DNA of 63,177 nt, the filler included, from Collodictyon triciliatum (taxonomy: Eukaryota), in assembly GCA_043381765.1 (NCBI GenBank). It is 5 parts of 5 records of this genome, joined end to end, with 100 filler letters (N's around TTAATTAATTAA, not from the genome) between each part and the next. Parts side by side here need not be neighbours in the genome. Positions count along the whole stretch, not along the records: positions 55,378 to 63,177 come from JBHJMP010002037.1; 4 more parts are not named here. The stretch is one strand, 5' to 3'. Made by a program: the position numbers and the translations under genes. Under the pieces are notes generated by a model. It was not told the origin of the DNA and ran no database searches. It saw nothing but the letters and a program-made list of their open reading frames with translations. Shown here piece by piece: positions 59,849 to 63,177 of this stretch. Each line of letters begins with the position of its first letter. Within the stretch, counting starts at the first letter, position 1.

Positions 59849-60409
59849 GCATATTTTGTTTATGCCTCCTCCGCTTTTAACCCTCTGACCCTCTTCTCCT
59901 CGGCCTCGCTCGAGAATCTGCAGCTCATCTTACAGAGCACACGAACTTGGCAAAGAGAAGCTATATTTTCCACACATAGCAGAATTGTAACATTACATAT
60001 CTGGAAATTATAATCAATCAGTCATTCTAACCATTCTACACAGCCTTCTTTGTATCTATCCAGATAAAGCCTGTTGCCTTACAGGACTCAACAAAGAAAT
60101 CACACACCAGACATATCTCAAATACAAAGCAGGGGTTTTCACTAGAATTGCTACATTCTAGCGCCTTTTCAAGAATTATCAAAGCTTCAAAAAAAAAATT
60201 AAAAAAAATAATAAATCAAAACGAAAAAAAAAGAAGAAAGTGTGCGGTGAAAATGACGCAGTTGGCCAACACCGCAGCCTATAAAACCCGCAAACATGAA
60301 CCGCCGCACCCGAGAACACTGACCCACTAATCAGACCTTCTCTAGAATCGTGTGAAGAAAATAAACCCAACATAACAATAGCTCCAACAGAAGCCACCGC
60401 AGCCTGGAT

Positions 60410-63104
<2,695 letters not shown>

Positions 63105-63125
63105 GTTTGCACTCGCTTCTAGATT

Positions 63126-63177
<52 letters not shown>

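Overview
AT-rich, intron-dense eukaryotic (protist-like) DNA. It is not one locus: five scaffolds are joined by artificial 100-nt N44-TTAATTAATTAA-N44 linkers at 13748, 27612, 41451 and 55278. By hand-splicing I can support about 14 protein genes: an unknown CTF-x-P-x-I repeat protein, a secreted trypsin-like protease/EGF/FG-GAP fusion, a GtrA-domain protein, TAF11, NEIL1, RPF1, BTF3, a CH-DH-PH RhoGEF, a Sen1/senataxin-like SF1 helicase with a long GW-repeat tail, a TmcB/TmcC-like membrane protein, a kelch/TM/pseudokinase/pseudocyclase receptor, a TMEM42-like protein, XPNPEP3/Icp55 and a carnitine acyltransferase. There is also a 5'-truncated L1/Tx1-like retrotransposon. Most notable: (1) two families of ultra-short (about 17-50 nt) A-tailed intronic insertions with 16-19 bp target-site duplications, one matching the apparent 3' end of the LINE and sharing a recurrent 5' boundary; (2) about 32 GW motifs (candidate Argonaute hook) on a Sen1-like helicase with degenerate motor motifs; (3) a clear U12 AT-AC intron in RPF1; (4) a bacterial-looking protease fused to a beta-propeller. 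All identifications come from motif recognition by eye; no database searches were run.
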